A stretch of 64,000 nucleotides of DNA from Felis catus (Eukaryota): positions 27,158,001 to 27,222,000 of the forward strand of contig NC_058369.1 of NCBI RefSeq assembly GCF_018350175.1, in the 5' to 3' direction. A model generated the notes under the pieces. The model did not search any database. It had not been told where the DNA came from and worked only from the letters and a program-made list of their open reading frames with translations. Shown here piece by piece: positions 24,805 to 37,330 of this stretch. The number at the start of each line of letters is the position of its first letter. The stretch's first letter is position 1. The translations under genes and the position numbers were made by a program.

Positions 24805-25110
24805 TCAGTGTTTTTAAGCTGTGTTTGGTAGATTGCTGGCTTCACAGAATCTTAATATGAATTATGTTAAAAATAATGAAAAGAGCTCTGTAGTAAGATA
24901 AAGTAAGATTCTCTGAGCTAACAAAGCCAAAAAGAATGTCTTATTGTAGGAATTCTCAATGCTTTTAATTTGCTAAACGGTCTCGTCAATATACAAGAGT
25001 GAAGGGCGAACATAATACAGAACACTTCCCAAACTCGTTGCAACTTAGAAAGATTTCCTGAGAAACATTTCAAGGGATTCGAGTTTCGGGACCCTTGGGG
25101 GAAGCTTCTG
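24805..25110. mobile_element. Probable ancient hAT-Charlie MITE remnant
   Basis: cagtgttttt...ttcccaaact...gggaagcttctg resembles Charlie-type termini. Family not resolved. Confidence 0.4.
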
Positions 25111-25989
25111 TCTTGGTTCTGGGGGAATGTTTGGAGGCATCAGTGGTGAGCCGGGCAGTGTGTGGCCCACAGCATCGTGGCTGCATTGAAGCGCTCAGTG
25201 GTCTAGGACCCAAGGCCATCCGGGCTGGCACTGGGGGAAACCATCACTTTCCCCTTTCCTCGTGAGTCTCCTTTATGAAGTTCAGAAATCAATCCACAGT
25301 GATTCAGCAGGAGGAAGCATAGGCTACAGCTCTAAAATATCAGGTTAATTTGTTTGTGTTCTTTGAAGTTTGAGATCTTTGAAGTTCTGTTTTCCCTTGA
25401 GAGGTGAAGATGAGAAAAACAAATGTCAAATGTCTTCATATGCTGTGAAAAGAAAGTACAATTAACAACCATGCAGTTTTCCCCAAATGCCTTAGCTAGG
25501 GTGCTGGGGCAGAAGTGTCTACAAACTTGGACTCCGCCGGGGTTTTCCTGGGGCGATACGCCCCTGGGATCCAGGAATGCTAGAATCCTGCTTTGCCAGT
25601 CACTTTCCCCCTGCCCTCCCCTGTGAGGTTCTGGAAAGGATTATTTACCCAAGGAACAAGAACATGCTCGAAGCTATCACTTTATCTATAGCTGTTTGAC
25701 TGTTGAGCTCTGACAGACTTTGGATCCAAGTGGGACCTTGTGGTTCCATTTTTCCTTCACAACTTTAAATCCCAGTATCTACTGTTGTCCAGCTACCAGG
25801 AGCAGAAGTTGAGGAGGAAGGGGCAGCAAAATGGCTAGAGAATAAGCCTGAGTCAGTGTACCCACCAGCTGCCAGCCTGGAGAAGAAGGAAAAGCAAGAG
25901 GGAAGGTTGACAGGTCAGCATCAAGCCTCTAAAAAATAGGCCCTGACAACAAGCCTAGTTCCATCAGATGAAATAACTAAGAGGTGGGT

Positions 25990-26358
25990 TGTCTTAGTCT
26001 GTTTTGGCTGCTCTAACATAATACTACACCTTGGGTAGCTTTAAACAACAAAAAAGCTATTTCTCACAGTTCTAAATGCTGGAAATCTGAGTTCAGGGTT
26101 CCTGCATGGTTGATTCTGATAAGAGTCCTCCTCTGGGTCACAGACTGCTGACTTCTTGCTGTGTCCTCATGTGGAGGAAGAAGCAAGGGAACTCTCTTGG
26201 GTCTTTTTTATAAGGGCACTAGTCTCATTCCCAAGGACTCTGCCCTTATGACCTAATCCCCTCCCCAAAGCCCTGCCTCCTAATACCATCACTCTGGGGA
26301 TTAGGGTTCGAACATATGAATTTAGGAGGGAGGGGGGCACAATCATTCAAACCATAGC
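25990..26358 (-). mobile_element. MaLR solo LTR (MLT1A-like)
   Basis: tgtcttagtctgttttggctgct...tatttctcacagttct...ttttataagggcact...taataccatcac...cattcaaaccatagca. Confidence 0.85.
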
Positions 26359-26966
26359 ACATTTGGGCCTGTGATGATGAAGAGGGAGAGGATTGGGAGT
26401 TGGCAGATTTTGCCCTGGTCATTGCCTGCTTGCTTGGATAAGTCGAGGCCTGCCTCCCGAGCTGACTTCTCCTTTTCATGCAAGCCCCTGAAGCCCCAGC
26501 AGGGCCAAGCCACATTCGAACAGTGACCACTACTGCTCACGTTGATCACTAGCCCCATTTGTCTGGAAGAAGAGTCCCTGTATCAAGACTGGGAGATGAG
26601 AGGAGATGGGGCTGGGGCCACTCACATCTTCTTTGATTACTGAATGAACCCACATAGATATGCCTCCTGTCCTTTAAAAGGAACTGCATATGCAATTTGG
26701 TTGAGCCCCATCAAAGGGTCAGAAATTAGCATGAGCCATTTTCCCCACTCCTTTCCTTCTCTGGCTAGCTCGAACCCTATCTGGAAGAGCTGGTTTTCTC
26801 TGAGCCTGGTTTGATTCTTTTCCCAACCCTGGGATCATAGACTCTGTACTGAATAGCATTCTAAAAGGTCAGCTGACCTATATATGCATCCTCGGGCACC
26901 TTGAGAATTCCCCAGAGATACAGACCTCTTCTATTTTTTGAAAAAAATCCTGTTAAGAAATACTTT

Positions 26967-27189
26967 TTTTTTTAATTAATATTTATTTTATTTTTGAGAG
27001 AGAGAGGGAGAGAGAGGCAGAGCATGAGCAGGGTAGGGGCAGAGAAAGAGGGAGATACAGAACCCAAAGCAGGCTCCAGGTTCTGAGCTGTCACCACACA
27101 GCCTGACATGGAGCTCGAACCCACAAACCATGAAACCATGACCTGACTTGAAGTTGGACACGTAACTGATTGAGCCACCTAGGCGCCCC
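26967..27189 (-). mobile_element. Can-SINE
   Basis: Reverse-complement head ...gagccacctaggcgcccc. 12-bp TSD AAGAAATACTTT (26955 / 27190). Confidence 0.93.
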
Positions 27190-27579
27190 AAGAAATACTT
27201 TCTTTTATCTAACCTGCTTTTGCATTGCTCTTTGTGGAGACAGAAAACGCCTGGGTATATCTGCAGTTAAGCCTTCTATATTCTTAAAGATTCTTGGTCT
27301 TACTTTCTGTGGGCTAAAAAATCCAGTCTTAACCTCTTTTTCCAAGTCTTATTTTCCTTCCTTTTCACCATATTGTAAGTGTTCCAAGAAAAAATTTCCT
27401 TAAATTTGTTAGAATCATCTGGAGACCTTTTTAAACATACCAAATCACACATCACTCTCCAGACTTCCTGAATAAGAATTACAGGGGCCGGAGTGGTTTG
27501 GGGTTTGGGAAGGGCTTGCCGTTCTGAAACAGGACCAATAAATTACTGGGATCGTTTTGAAGTGCATGCCTAGCTTAGA

Positions 27580-28021
27580 GTTCTCCCTTTCTTAGGGGAT
27601 GGTGGCAACCCTGCCCTTCAGAGGTGGGTCTCTGGCATCTGGGTTAGCACGAACATCAGGGATGCAGGGACATCTCATCCAGACAATGCCAAACAGAGTC
27701 TTTCTCCCAGAATTTGGAAATGGAACTTAGAGACAGGAGGTCAGTTTCTGAGGGTGACTAGAAGTATGACATGACAAAAATGGGGACACCAAATTATGAC
27801 ATGAAGATAGGGAGCAGCAGAGAGAGATGGTGCACAGGGAGGAGGTAGAGAAGAAAGCAAAACATTGTAATGACTCTTTAGGCTCTGGTTCCAGTCTCCG
27901 ATTTTGTGCCTTGGAGTGCCATGAGACAGAGATGTCCTATGCAATGAAATTCTCTCTTTGCCTACCCTTGCTAAAACAGATTTTCATTACCAGACACCCA
28001 AAAGGGCCCCACCAAATACAG
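27580..28021 (+). mobile_element. Old ERVL-type LTR (LTR16-like), degraded
   Basis: agagtctttctcccagaatttggaa...ctggttccagtc...ends accaaataca. Confidence 0.45.
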
Positions 28022-28289
28022 AACTGACAGCAGAACTGGGAGAGGTGATAAGCTCACAGCCTATGTCTTCTCTCCCCGTTGACTCACTATGGAAGTCTAT
28101 TTTGCTTTCTTGAGAGGAAACATGTCTCCTTGACTTCTAAAGAATATTTAATTTTCTGCCTAGCCATTTTTACACACCTCAAATGCTGAATGACCTGCCA
28201 TGGAAAAATCTTCCAAACTGTCCTCATAGAAGAAAATAAACCTTGCTAGTTTTTACTAATGGATGCATTCAACCAACAACATGTAAAGT

Positions 28290-28445
28290 CAGTACTATTA
28301 TTGGCCCATTTTACATGTGAGGAAACTAAGGCATAGGAAAGGTAAATAACTTTCCTTAGGTGACAGAGCTGGTAAACTGTTGAGCCAAGACTTGAAGCCA
28401 GATTTAACTACAGAGTCCAAGATTCCAGCCACTTTGCTATACCTG
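28290..28445 (-). mobile_element. MIR SINE
   Basis: cccattttacatgtgaggaaactaaggcataggaaaggtaaataactt...gccaagacttgaagccag (reverse-complement MIR core). Confidence 0.8.
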
Positions 28446-28644
28446 CATTGAAACCAAAATTCAATGGTTGAAAGCAAAACTCTTAATGCTACCTAAGAAG
28501 TAATGTGAAAATACTCATTTCTTTATCAAGAGAGCTGTCCAGTTTGGACTCTACAGGAAATAGCAAGCAAGGTGGATTAGAGGCAGTTTTCATAGATGAG
28601 TCAGGACTTGACCTGAGGTCAGAGAGAGGTAGAGAAGGAGGATG

Positions 28645-29015
28645 TTGCCATCTTGTCACCCATTTCCTCCTCTAAACAGATCTCTTATTTTCTTCAGATA
28701 TCCCCTCTGTCCCAAAGTGGCCTATGTGCTAGGGGAGGCTGGCTTCCAAGAAAAGACTTTATTTTTCTAAAACCCACCCCCCTTACCAGTAGTTGAGCAT
28801 GTGACCCAATTTGGACCAATGAGATGCAAGGAGACACTTTCTGGGGAGCTTAAGAGACAGCTTGGTTTTAAAGACAGAGCTGGAGCCACCAGATCAAATC
28901 AACCCCAAGTTCTAGCTGACATCCACACTTTAAGTAATGTTTGTCAGGTTTGACACTATTTTAAGCAAGTTTGAGGTAGATTTTCTGGTACTTGTATAGA
29001 AACACTTCCAATTCA
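28645..29015 (+). mobile_element. Old ERVL-type LTR (LTR16/LTR33-like)
   Basis: catgtgacccaatttggaccaatgagatg...ttttaagcaagtttgaggtagattttctggtacttg. Confidence 0.5.
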
Positions 29016-30039
29016 GGATTTTCTTTGGAACATTTAGGAACAGAAGCCCAGAGATGTGAATAAACAGCACATTGGTTAAAAAATAATAATAATAATAACA
29101 ATGCAGAGCCTAGAGAGATAGCATTTCGTTTCCCCCCAAGTGCTTTGTCCTTGGAAACCCAACCATCCCATCCTTTTATTGCCCACTCACTTTTCAGCAG
29201 ATGTATTTCTTCTTCATTTTGTGTAATTCGATTCATTCTCAGATGTTTGTTCATCTGACCTTCCAGTTGGTATGGTAACAGCCTGCCTGAACTGTGGCAT
29301 TTATCATTCACTGCAAGTTCTTGTCAAGTCAGTAAGAATTAGGTTTGCCTTCTTTCAAGCAGTCCAGGGGACTAAGTCATTAAGGAGGAAAGGTGGCCCT
29401 GTCCCCCCACAAGGGTCAATGCTTGAAATTCTCCTGTTAAAACTCCACCACTTTCCTGTGCTCACATTGATTGAGGTGGTTCCTTCCTTTCTGTGGAGCT
29501 CTTGTCTCATAGCCATAGAAGGCAACATTTATTTCCACTCTCCACCCCTGTCATGTTACATTAATAACAGGACACAAATTGAGTGGGCAGTTAGTCAATG
29601 GATTTGTAAAAGCCACATTAAAAAATACTGGGAAGGAAATAAAGGGTAATATCTCAGAATAAGAATCAATCATTTAAAATAATATGTACAAAGGTTAACT
29701 ATGCACTTATAACTCAATTAAAAAGTTCTTGACACCCTGGAGGGTAAAACATTGAGTAGGAGCATGGCTTAAATCCACCGGATACCTACTGCGTGCTGGG
29801 CACTATATGAAGCCAGTCAGGCATGTTACTTCATTCAATCTTCACAATGACCCTAGGAAATAGCTATGATTCTTTCCATTTTAGGGAGAAAATGACTAAC
29901 TTTTCCAAAGTCTCACAGCTGACATCTGGGGGTGGGGTTTAGGATTTGAATGGGGACTTGTAGGACCATTTTATTTGCACTACACTGTGCTTCCTTGAAC
30001 AAAAGCACAGTGATTATGGGGGCAGACTTGCCTATGAGA

Positions 30040-30245
30040 ATGGCAAAATCTGGCCCTGCCATCCACTCATTGTATGTCTTTTGCTAAATTACCTAACCTT
30101 TCTGTGCATCAGTTTCCCCATTTGTAGAATAAGGATAATCCTAGTAGTAGCCTCTAGTGCAGTCCTCAGAATTAAATGAGTGTACATAAAACACTTTGCA
30201 CAATGCATAAGCATAATGAACTCTCAAATGACGGCTGTTTTTATA
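30040..30245 (+). mobile_element. MIR SINE
   Basis: aaattacctaacctttctgtgcatcagtttccccatttgtagaataaggataat...aattaaatgag. Confidence 0.75.
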
Positions 30246-30262
30246 ATATAGTGACTGCCTGG

Positions 30263-30478
30263 TAAGTGCTGTCCACTAGTACTTTCTGTGATGATGGAAA
30301 TGTTCTAGATATGCATTGTTTAATGCTGCAGTCTCTAGCCTCATGTGACTTTTGAGAACTTAAAATGTAGCTAGTGTAACTGAGGAACAGAATTTTTTAT
30401 TTCATTTCATTTTAATTAATTACAGTTTACATTTAAACAGCCACATGTGCCTAGTGGCTTCCATATTGCACAGCACAG
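30263..30478 (+). mobile_element. MER3 hAT-Charlie MITE
   Basis: agtgctgtccactagtactttctgtgatgatggaaatgttct...agccacatgtgcctagtggcttccatattgcacagcacag. Confidence 0.85.
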
Positions 30479-30489
30479 GTATAGAATGT

Positions 30490-31260
30490 GCCAGATACAG
30501 TATGTATGAAAAAGAATAAGATGGGATTCCTGTGGTTTAATGGAGGAACAAGCTGACAAGCAGATGATTAGTAGGCATGGTGATAAGTACTGTAGAGCAG
30601 CAGCCATAGACAAAATGCTATGGAGACACCAAGAGCAAGGGACTAATTTGTGCCTGGGGATCAGGGAGAAATTGTGAGAGGCAATGATGGTTGAGCTAGG
30701 CTTTGAAGGGTGAGTAAAGATTCACTTTATGCATTCAGCAGATATGTGCTGACAGCCTCCTCTGGGCCAAGCACCAGGTTTGAGAGACTGTACAACTGTC
30801 AAATGAGAGGTAAAGGTAAGGGTGCAAAGGAGACAACTGTGTGGGTTAGACTCTTTGAGGAGGTCCTGTTGGACAAAAGGTAGAACTTGAACCATCCCTT
30901 GAATCACAGATAGGATTTGGATGATGCCGGGAGCTAAGGGAGCGCATCCCAGGTAAGAAGAACAGCATGAGTACAGAGGGGACGGTGGGGCGAGTACCAC
31001 CACTAGAGCAGCCTAACTGAGAGATAGAACACGACTGGAGGGCAGCTATGGTGAGGTCCTATGGGGGATGCGGGATAAGCGGGGCAGGGTATGAAGCGGG
31101 CTATGAATGGTGGTTGATGAGCTCTTACCTTTATGCCACTGGAGATTTGGGAGTCACATGTGATAAGTTGTATGAAGTTGTCTGACAGATGGACTCCAAG
31201 CGCTTCTGAAAAACAGAGGCAGAAGCTTCATTTGGGAAGTTCCCCCACCTGCCCACAACT
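30490..31260 (-). mobile_element. L2 fragments
   Basis: Purine-rich L2-body motifs (gagctaggctttgaagggtgagt; ttgaaccatcccttgaatcacagatagg) and an internal second L2 3' end near 30725. Confidence 0.5.
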
Positions 31261-31829
31261 GCCACCCCCAGAAAGGCGGTGTTCAGTTTCATGGTATTCT
31301 GGCTGCCTGCATCCATTCCCTTCCATTGCCTCCCTCGTCTCCCCCCATGTCCCTTTTGGGGGGTGGGGGGTTCTGAGCCAGGTGGTCTCTCCAGGGTGTA
31401 CTTCCATCTGCAGGGAGAATCAGGCACTGCCCCTGGACTTGAGCATTTGGTGCCCTGGAGGGGACAGTGGGAGGTCAGAACATTGCTGTTTTGCATCGTG
31501 GCAAGAGCAGTAATGCACAGGCAGCATGTCCTCACTACACAGTGGCAGCAGGGCTGCGGCCCTGGCTGTTCTGGGTCTGACTCTCCAGCTTCCTGCAATT
31601 CTGATATACTTCCACTGAGTCTCTTTTCACTTCAGATTGTCAGAATCAGGGTAGGTTGCTTACGGCCAAGAACCCTGGTTGACCCATTTTAATAATAATG
31701 CAAACTCCTGCAAGTGGAAATGCTTGGTAGTGGCCCCTGCTCTGCCCTAACCTGTCATCTCCGGAAAGTCCTCCACCCCTGGGCCTCATTCTCTTGTCTC
31801 CCTAACGAGAGACCCACACTGGTACTTCT

Positions 31830-32215
31830 TTTTAATTTTTTAATTTTATTTTTAATTTTTTTAAATTTACATCTAAATTAGTTAGCATCTAGTGCAACAA
31901 TGATTTCAGGAGTAGATTCCTTAGTGCCCCTTACCCATTTAGCCCATTCCCCCTCCCACAGCCCCTCCAGTAAACCTCAGTTTGTTCTCCATATTTATGA
32001 GTCTCTTCTGTTTTGTCCCCCTCCCTGTTTTTATATTATTTTTGTTTCCCTTCCCTTATGTTCATCTGTTTTTTCTCTTAAAGTCCTCATATGAGTGAAG
32101 TCATATGATTTTTGTCTTTCTCTGACTGACTAGTTTCACTTAGCATAATATCCTCCAGTTCCATCCAGTTGCAAATGGCAACACTTCATTCTTTTTGATT
32201 GCCAAGTAATACTCC

Positions 32216-32269
<54 letters not shown>

Positions 32270-32330
32270 TCATATATACATATATACACATTGTGTATAT
32301 GTATATATATATATATATACACAATGTGTG

Positions 32331-32364
<34 letters not shown>

Positions 32365-32626
32365 TCATATATACATATATACACATTGTGTATATATATA
32401 TATCACATCAAAGCAGGAAAGAATATCCAATGGAATTGCTCGTCAGCAAGTGGTGCTGGGAAAACTGGACAGCAGCATGCCGAAGAATGAACCTGGACCA
32501 CTTTCTTACACCACACGCAATAATAGACTCAAAATGGATGAAAGACATCAGTGTAAGACAGGAAGCCATCAAAATCCTCGAGGAGCAGGCAAAAACCTCT
32601 TTGATCTTTGCCGCAGCAACTTCTTA
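31830..32626 (-). mobile_element. Carnivore L1 insertion with 5' inversion (twin priming)
   Basis: Antisense 3'UTR/tail 31830-~32409 is joined to a sense ORF2 piece 32409-32626 ([28 protein letters not shown]). Perfect 15-bp TSD CACACTGGTACTTCT (31815-31829 / 32627-32641). Confidence 0.93.
32217..32403. repeat. Complex (TA)n/(CA)n microsatellite inside L1
   Basis: Direct reading. Contains a repeated higher-order unit acacacacacatcatatatacatatatacacattgtgtatat. Confidence 0.95.
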
Positions 32627-33519
32627 CACACTGGTACTTCTAAGGGAGTTTTTGAGCAAACATTCAGCCACACCCTGGGCCAAGGCAACAGAAACAGAAG
32701 GCAATGTGGCTACAAGACATATTTTACAAACAGGTAGAGTTGATGGCTGATTGCACAGAGAATGCAAAGCGGAGACAGCAAAAGACGGCTCTGTGATAGA
32801 ACCGGAAGGAAAAAAAATTGTTATAAAATCACCCAAAGCCACTTTCGCCATTCTGAGTTGTTGTATCCATTTGACCAAAAAATCAGAGTTTAAAAATATC
32901 CTCTTGCTCTGCCTTCTTCGTTAATCCCCTTGGAACAAGCTCCTCCCATAACTATGTAAATCCATCCACAGCTGTATAACTCACTGCTAATGGACTGAGT
33001 CCCTGCTGTGATCTGAACTTCAGAGCTGGTGGAAGGGCATCTGGAACAAACAGTCCAAGCAGGGCTTGGAGATGTGTCCTGCTGGACCCAGCAAGTGACA
33101 GTCTGTTCCAGATGCACCTGTCTGCTACTTTTCTGTTCCTCACACACAGCAGACCTTTGGTGCAGCTGTTCTCCCTTTTTGCAAGGACTTGGAGGCTACT
33201 GTCTGGCATTACAGATCTAATCCACCTTTCAAATATAAGCTCACACGGTTCGCTGAGTAAGTGTATATTGAGCCAGGCTCAGTAACAGCAAGGCAAAGAT
33301 AAAAGGACACAGGACCCAGTCTCAAGGAGCTCCCCTCAGCTGGGCCTGGGTGTTGTCTCCAAGTTCCCACCTGGTCATTCATTTTGTCTGTAAATGCACT
33401 GTGGGCCAACTCCTGAGGACGGGGACACTTTCCGTATTCTTCACAATGCCTGTGCACCCAGAGGGGGTGCTCAAATGTACACACTGAGAATCCCACTTTG
33501 CATTGTGTGGAGTGAAAGC

Positions 33520-33755
33520 CTGATAGTATAGTAGTGAAGGGAGCTCTCCATGGAAGTACACAAATTGGATTCAAACCCCCCCTCCAACTTGGTTCTGTGA
33601 TTTACCAAGAGGGTGACTGGAGAAGCTATTTAACCTCTACAGGCCTCAGTTTTCTCATCTGTAAAATGGAGGATAGGTAATAATGGCATCTATTACTTGA
33701 CGTTAAAGCAATTTGTTGCACTTGGCTTATAGAATGGTCTCAGTGTACATGGTTG
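33520..33755 (+). mobile_element. MIR SINE, near full length
   Basis: tagtatagtagtgaagggagctc...ggattcaaacccc...tttaacctctacaggcctcagttttctcatctgtaaaatggaggata. Confidence 0.8.
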
Positions 33756-34699
33756 CTGCTTTTTTTTTTTTTTTTCTTGATTAGAGAGCTTCCAAGAGGC
33801 AGGACATAATTCAAAGGGACAGCTGCCTGCCTGCCCCTTTTCTTTCCCACTTTCCTTTTTTCTCTTCTTTTTCACCCTTCCTTCCTTTCATTTAAAAATT
33901 TTTTCCTCCCTGTGTCTTTCTCTGCTTCTCTCCCATTCTCTCTCTCTTACTCCCCTCCACCTCTATCAGAATAAGGGAAAAATTATTTGTTATAAATCAT
34001 ATTTGAATACAAACACTATTGAGCAGACAGACTCAGTGAGTTAAATCTAGACAGTGTCCTGTTTCCTAAGAAGACAGACCTTATTTTTCTCCTTCTCATG
34101 AAGATGAGGCCCTTTTGTGAGGTACCTTTTGTGCAGTCAATTTACTCAGAATTCCCCACCAGTCCAGACCCACTGAGGAACCTGACCCAAAAGCAGTGGA
34201 AAGAGAACAAAGCACAAATACGTTTTTTTTTTTTTTCTTTTCCGGAATTGCTGACTGATTTCCTGGCAGTGGTATGCTGGCTCTCCAAGAGAAAAAAAAC
34301 ACACAAAAGAACGAGAAAGAAAAAGCAAAAGAAAGCCCCAAGTGCTTACCAATCTTTGTGGTATAAGTACTCCCATCATGGTTGAATTCAAGCTTCTAGC
34401 ATAAAATCATAGAACACAAAGTAGGGCGAGATGCACACTGTCCCCTCTCAGGAGGCACTCTGGTGCATGCATGCCCCTGAATGCCACTGTTGGAAACATG
34501 CAGACACAGCCCCAGTGCATGGGCCTGTCCACTCCCCTCCCACACGGAGGGGCCTGGTCCTAGCCCACAGCACTGCATTTTAGCCAGATTTCTTGCCTCT
34601 GTTGTCCATCCCGACGTCCATCTGCCTAACATCCTTCTGCAACCCAGATCAGAATATGACTTCCCTGCTATGTACTCCCCAGGGGCTCATCTCACCCAC

Positions 34700-35295
34700 C
34701 CCCCCCCAGCCTTCCACCACTTCCTTCACTCTTCCCTGGAGCTACTCCAGGCCTCTTGTCTTGATGCAAACCCTGTGACATCTCCATGACTTTGCTCACA
34801 TCTAACTTGCTGCTTGCAATGCTGTTCTCAGAGATCCATTCCTGCTCCTTTGTCTGCCTGGTGAATTGCACTCATCTCCAAGCTAGCTAGGATGGATGCC
34901 TATCCCCACTTGCCATTCAGACCCTCTATCCTAAACTACACGGCATCAGTCACTCCCTTCTCAGAGTCCCCTTGACACTTTTCTTTCCTATTCTGTGGTG
35001 AGACATGAACCGATTTCTTTTATCTCCAGATACTAAGATAGTGAGGAGGCTATGGGCCCAGTAGTATTCATTCATTCATTCATTCATTCATATATGCATT
35101 AAACAAATATTATGGAGTGCCAAGCATTGTCCTGGGAGGAACTAGAGTAGAGTAGAGAATGAGACAGATACCCCTCTTCTCTGGTAGAGTTCATAGCATA
35201 CTTTGTATAAGCATGGAAGAAAGAGACAAAGATAAATATATAATTGCAAATATGTTCGATGAAGAAAAAACAGGATATCATGAAAGAAAGTCCCA
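34700..35295. mobile_element. L2 fragments in opposite orientations meeting at an (ATTC)n tail (35066-35090)
   Basis: ctttgctcac...tgcaatgct (L2 sense) and cattcattc...aaacaaatattatggagtgccaagcattg (L2 antisense 3' end). Confidence 0.5.
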
Positions 35296-35829
35296 CCCGT
35301 GAAAGGTTTTTAAGTTTTCAAGAAACCTGGAATATAACTTTTTAAGTGATGGGGGCCTGACTCAGCACACGAGGCATCATGACATGAATTGTGTTGTGTG
35401 GCAGGCCCCCAACTTGCTGGCTTATCAGTCAGAGCAAGAGTGGTGCAGTGTTTGTGTCTGTGGCACACTACACTACATTTCCAAGTCAGCTCTGGTGTCA
35501 GGGGTTTTAGCTGAGATGCCCCAAATGGGGGAAGGGGAAAATGAGCATATGCAGCACAGGCTTCTGAGAGAAAGTTGGAGAAAGCAGAGAGAAATGTGCA
35601 CGAGAGCCAGGCAGGCTGCCGAATAAGCACGCTGTTTGTGTGGGGCTCCCTCTCTGTCCCTTCCCCACCCAGATGATGGGGAGAAGGCTGCCTGGGCTGG
35701 AAGGGCTTCTCTTTATTAAAAAGGAGCAGGCGAGGGGGGATGGTTGAGCTGTGTTTTATATCTTTGTATCTCTATTAATTTCTTAAAACAGTATCTCCAG
35801 TGATAGAAAATTCAAATACAATAGACTTA

Positions 35830-36038
35830 AGGGAAGAACAAAGAAAGGATGAATTGATTCATATAATTAAAAAATCTGTAGTTACACCCAATGCCCAGAT
35901 CTTTGTTTTTAATACTATTCTCCAATAAAATGAACTATGCTCCATGGAGAAATGACTAATTCCAGTACTGAGGCAGAAAGTATACAGTAATGAGCGGAGC
36001 ACCTTATAGTGCAAAAAGTAAGAAAGTGCTCAAAACTC

Positions 36039-36084
<46 letters not shown>

Positions 36085-36945
36085 CAAGGATGCGGAATAT
36101 CAAAGGGACATAGCAGCCAGCTGAAAAAACACGTTAAAAGTCAAAGCTGACAGAATTTGAGAAGTATTGAATTAAAAACCAAAGTGTAAAATGAGCCCAT
36201 ACCAATCATCATAAATAAGTAATTGAATAACTAAATAAAGGAGGGAGAAGAGACAAATCTATGCAGTATTCCAGCGTATGTAGATACTCCATCCACAGTA
36301 GGTAGGGCATATTGCCTCATGCCGTAAGTGTGGGCTGCACAAAACACTTCCTTCCAAAAAGTACAATATGGAAAGGGGAGAAGAGTAGCTAATTTACAGT
36401 GGAGAAACCTAAAAACATTACTTGACCCAGGTAATTAAGATTGGCGTCAACAATGATAAGTCACGTTGACAGCATGTACCCTTGATAAGATGTAGTAAAA
36501 ATGGCACTTTCCTATGTGGTCCTCCTCCCCAAAACCCATATCCAAGTCTACTCATATGAAAAACATCAGCAACCCAACTGAGGAACATTCTACAAAACAC
36601 CTGCCTAGTTTTCCTCACAACTGTCAAGGTCACCAAAAACAAGCCAAGTCTGAGAAACTGCCTTAATCCAGAGAACCCAAAGGAGACATGATTAAATGTA
36701 AAGTGATATCCTGGAGAGAATGCTGGAGCAGAAAAGGGACAATGAGTAAAAACCAAGTAACGCCCAATGAAACAGGGACTTTAGGTAAAAATGTACAATA
36801 TGGGCTTTAGTGTAATGTATCATACTACTGTAGGATGTTAATAATAGAAGAAACTGGGTGTGGCGTATATGGCAATACTCTGGACTATGCTCACCACTTA
36901 TCTGTAAACCTCAAACTATTATGAAATTAAAAGTTTATTAAGAAA
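35830..36945 (+). mobile_element. Old L1MC/L1MD-type 3' end, with (CA)n at 36043-36082
   Basis: ttctccaataaaatgaac..., cttccttccaaaaagtacaatatggaaagggg, tttacagtggagaaacct, caactgaggaacattctacaaaacacctg, and terminal aaactattatgaaattaaaagtttatt. Confidence 0.8.
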
Positions 36946-36964
36946 TGTTTTTAAGTCCATAGCT

Positions 36965-37330
36965 CACCAACTCCAGATATGGCTAAAGATAGGATCTCAC
37001 ATGATGTTAACCAGAACTTTCTCTCCAGCTTTCAGATGTTTTGGCTTAGCTTGCAGGCAGCCTCCCTTCATTCACTGGAACCCTAACAAGTCCAGACCTA
37101 TATGATCCTAGTGGAAAAGAAATTCTCTTCCTAATAATTTCAACCAAAGATTTCAGATGGCATGTGCCCATCCCAGAATCATCCAGTGTGATCAGGGGGA
37201 TGTGGGACTCTTACTGACCAGGTTTAGGTCACATGCTGACCTCTGGAGCTAGAGCACAATGAGTTCAACCCCATCCAAAAGGCTGAGAGCAAAGATAGCT
37301 TGTTACTTAAACAAAGTAGGTGTTCAGTCT
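36965..37330 (-). mobile_element. Old MaLR LTR (MLT1J/K-like)
   Basis: catgtgcccatcccagaatcatccagtgtgatcagggggatg...gactcttactgaccaggtttaggtcacatgctgacctctggagct. Confidence 0.55.

Noticed and set aside
32140..32750. YI-repeat ORFs (183 aa, 148 aa)
   Set aside because: Translation of the (TA)n microsatellite plus the inverted L1 piece.
32758..32925. Protein-like frame ECKAETAKDGSVIEPEGKKIVIKSPK after ttgcacag as a coding exon
   Set aside because: Weak pyrimidine tract, no donor before the stop codon, and no recognisable homology.
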